From Mytilus edulis (Eukaryota), in contig NC_092351.1 in NCBI RefSeq assembly GCF_963676685.1, forward strand, positions 64,604,001 to 64,668,000: 64,000 nucleotides of DNA. The letters run 5' to 3'. The notes under the pieces are model-generated. The model was not told the origin of the DNA. It saw only the letters and a program-made list of their open reading frames with translations, and searched no databases. A program made the position numbers and the translations under genes. Below are positions 63,201-64,000 of this stretch, piece by piece; within the stretch, counting starts at the first letter, position 1; each line of letters starts with the position of its first letter.

Positions 63201-63311
63201 CAATGTTCCTTCTCCATTCAATATGTCTCTATTTATAATGTTGCTCTCATTACACATGTGACTTACGGAATAATCTCTACGAAATGCTAATCTGTATGAT
63301 ATTTCTATTTC
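48623..63311 (-). CDS. Gene B: single-pass type I membrane protein (SHFRGG-family module + 3 EGF + TM + short tail), 5'-partial
   Basis: Exons: 63058-63311, 59767-59945, 58380-58504, 57074-57351, 55469-55630, 53620-53660, 52731-52838, 51514-51627, 49484-49603, 48623-48777. They join to 1536 nt in frame, ending TGA. No signal-peptide exon was found in the window. Confidence 0.87.
49484..49603 (-). CDS. Gene B EGF exon (last)
   Basis: DIDFCKLKDLPCRNGGTCVDGLFDYTCVCPLTRTGDHCET; phase 1-1. Confidence 0.92.
50286..50564. pseudogene. Disrupted EGF exon: 3' part on minus strand (50286-50373), 5' part with its acceptor inverted on plus strand (50474-50564)
   Basis: Minus piece CKNNGSCADGVFNYSCIFPASHTGFHCES|gt has a Cys>Phe change. 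Plus piece ttttag|ATATCGATTTCTGTGATGGTGTT.. has an internal deletion. Confidence 0.8.
51215..51243 (+). repeat. (GATA)n microsatellite
   Basis: About 7 tandem GATA units. Confidence 0.9.
51514..51627 (-). CDS. Gene B EGF exon 2
   Basis: DIGFCDGVKCENNGSCVDGMFNYSCICPASHTGSHCES; phase 1-1. Confidence 0.92.
52731..52838 (-). CDS. Gene B EGF exon 1
   Basis: DLCDGVICENGGTCVGGLFNNSCICPASHTGFHCES; phase 1-1. Confidence 0.92.
53620..53660 (-). CDS. Gene B 41-nt exon
   Basis: QASDQACVSIKVD; ttttcag|..|gtaagt; phase 2-1. Confidence 0.88.
54750..55430 (-). mobile_element. 5'-truncated I-group LINE remnant
   Basis: NKLHKIKP..RKDQCVISRCRIGH..THEYLL..PQCLTCNC*, then a 3'UTR ending in a (CAAT)n tail. Confidence 0.82.
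55469..55630 (-). CDS. Gene B Ig/cadherin-like exon
   Basis: ITEIVTVSPIGMIKTGILPYGSSGTEWYVNVTWTPSSSQGGSHIFCYTAVNSIG; phase 2-2. Confidence 0.9.
57074..57351 (-). CDS. Gene B exon (AVALQIED)
   Basis: TSCILSYTASGSTGLHAVALQIEDYSVSDTETPLSSVPLQFLVDI..; phase 0-2. Confidence 0.92.
57921..57967 (+). ncRNA. Degenerate minimal hammerhead ribozyme, same repeat family
   Basis: aca-CUGAUGA-gucuugugugag-GAAA-uacgcg-UC-ugu; core intact; stem II damaged. Confidence 0.6.
58380..58504 (-). CDS. Gene B exon (DDDGD..CRWA), GC donor
   Basis: VQDDDGDIVKCRWAN..ECYGVCEAFPGAILNE|gcaagt; phase 1-0. Confidence 0.87.
59767..59945 (-). CDS. Gene B exon (CCW..NTSP)
   Basis: YSSCCWISTLVVGRGSWILLVTANLSIRNDTGKINTSPISAMQPIVRFKYGCSYSLTIP; phase 2-1. 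Confidence 0.92.
62713..63000 (+). mobile_element. Helentron-associated (HINE/pearl-like) non-autonomous element
   Basis: Repeat-like core followed by a (GACA/GACG/GAAC)n microsatellite and an A-rich end, as in bivalve pearl/CvA-type elements. Confidence 0.55.
63058..63311 (-). CDS. Gene B first visible exon
   Basis: EIEISYRLAFRRDYSVSHMCNESNIINRDILNGEGTLACYHGCSG..YCTDYSVDENWSAGQR..FQF; paralog of 41323-41570; phase 0-2. Confidence 0.9.
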
Positions 63312-63640
63312 CTAGATTGAAAATAAGTATAGATCAATTCATTTAATATCATGTTCAAAATTATTTATTGCATACGTTATAATTTAACACCTTTGTTAAA
63401 TCTTCTACGTTTCTTGTTTTTCTGCTTAATCGTAGCAAATTATATTTATTTGCGCGGGAAGAAAAGAACATGCTAGTTTAGAAACAAAAGATGTAAACTG
63501 AAATGCATTTTTTAAAACTAACTCTGCAATATTTATTCAAAACTTTGTACTTGTTTGGCTTTATAATATTTAAATCTGAACGTCACCGATGAGTCATGAA
63601 GACAAACAAAGTTTTCAAAGGTACCAGGATAATAATTAAA

Positions 63641-63686
63641 TACGCAAGACGCGCGTTTCTTCTACACAAAACTCACAGATGATACT
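63641..63686 (-). ncRNA. Degenerate minimal hammerhead ribozyme, same repeat family
   Basis: CUG-UGA-guuuugu guagaa-GAAA-cgcgcg-UC-uugcgu; one-base deletion in the core. Confidence 0.5.
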
Positions 63687-64000
63687 CAGATGAAAATAGT
63701 TATGAAGCTAATTAAGTACAAAGTTAAAGAGCAGGAAACAAAATTCCAAAAAGTTGTGCCAAATACGGGTAAGGTACTTTATTCCTGGCGTATTGAAATA
63801 TAAGCCTGGTATCTTTGATAATTAGTGAACGTCGTTTGATGGTCCCAATATTTCGTTCCTGTTTTTTTGTTTTTTTCAACAGACGTAGTAAATAGGTTAA
63901 ATATCTATAAGCTAGATCTTTTGATTTCCCCTTGTAGTCTAAACAAACAGTTTATGATTTAAATTATTTACAGACGTCCTAACAATGGCATATTCGCTAG

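Overview
AT-rich animal genomic DNA, probably a bivalve such as Mytilus; this is inferred from the repeat families, not shown directly. Two tandem intron-rich genes lie on the minus strand, and I could join both exon by exon with consistent phases. Gene A (42936 to <1, 19 exons seen, 787 aa through TM2) is an adhesion GPCR: signal peptide, an unusual 'SHFRGGTITW' cadherin/Ig-like module, HormR, GAIN/GPS, then a 7TM that runs off the window. Gene B (>63311 to 48623, 10 exons seen, 511 aa in window) carries a paralogous copy of the same six-exon module, followed by three intact Notch-type EGF repeats, one transmembrane helix and a short tail. One ectodomain module is therefore joined, at the same phase-1 intron, to two different membrane anchors. 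In gene A that intron is 17.6 kb and holds nested mobile elements: ~640-bp inverted repeats starting CACTAG, a full-length intact I-group (Nimb-like) LINE with a 13-bp TSD and structured 3'UTR, and an Academ-like TIR element enclosing a decayed Gypsy gag-protease. Also present: degenerate minimal hammerhead ribozyme repeats, MITEs, a GC-AG intron, and an EGF exon broken by a local inversion. Coordinates were counted by hand; repeat boundaries are approximate, and family names come from recalled motifs rather than database searches.
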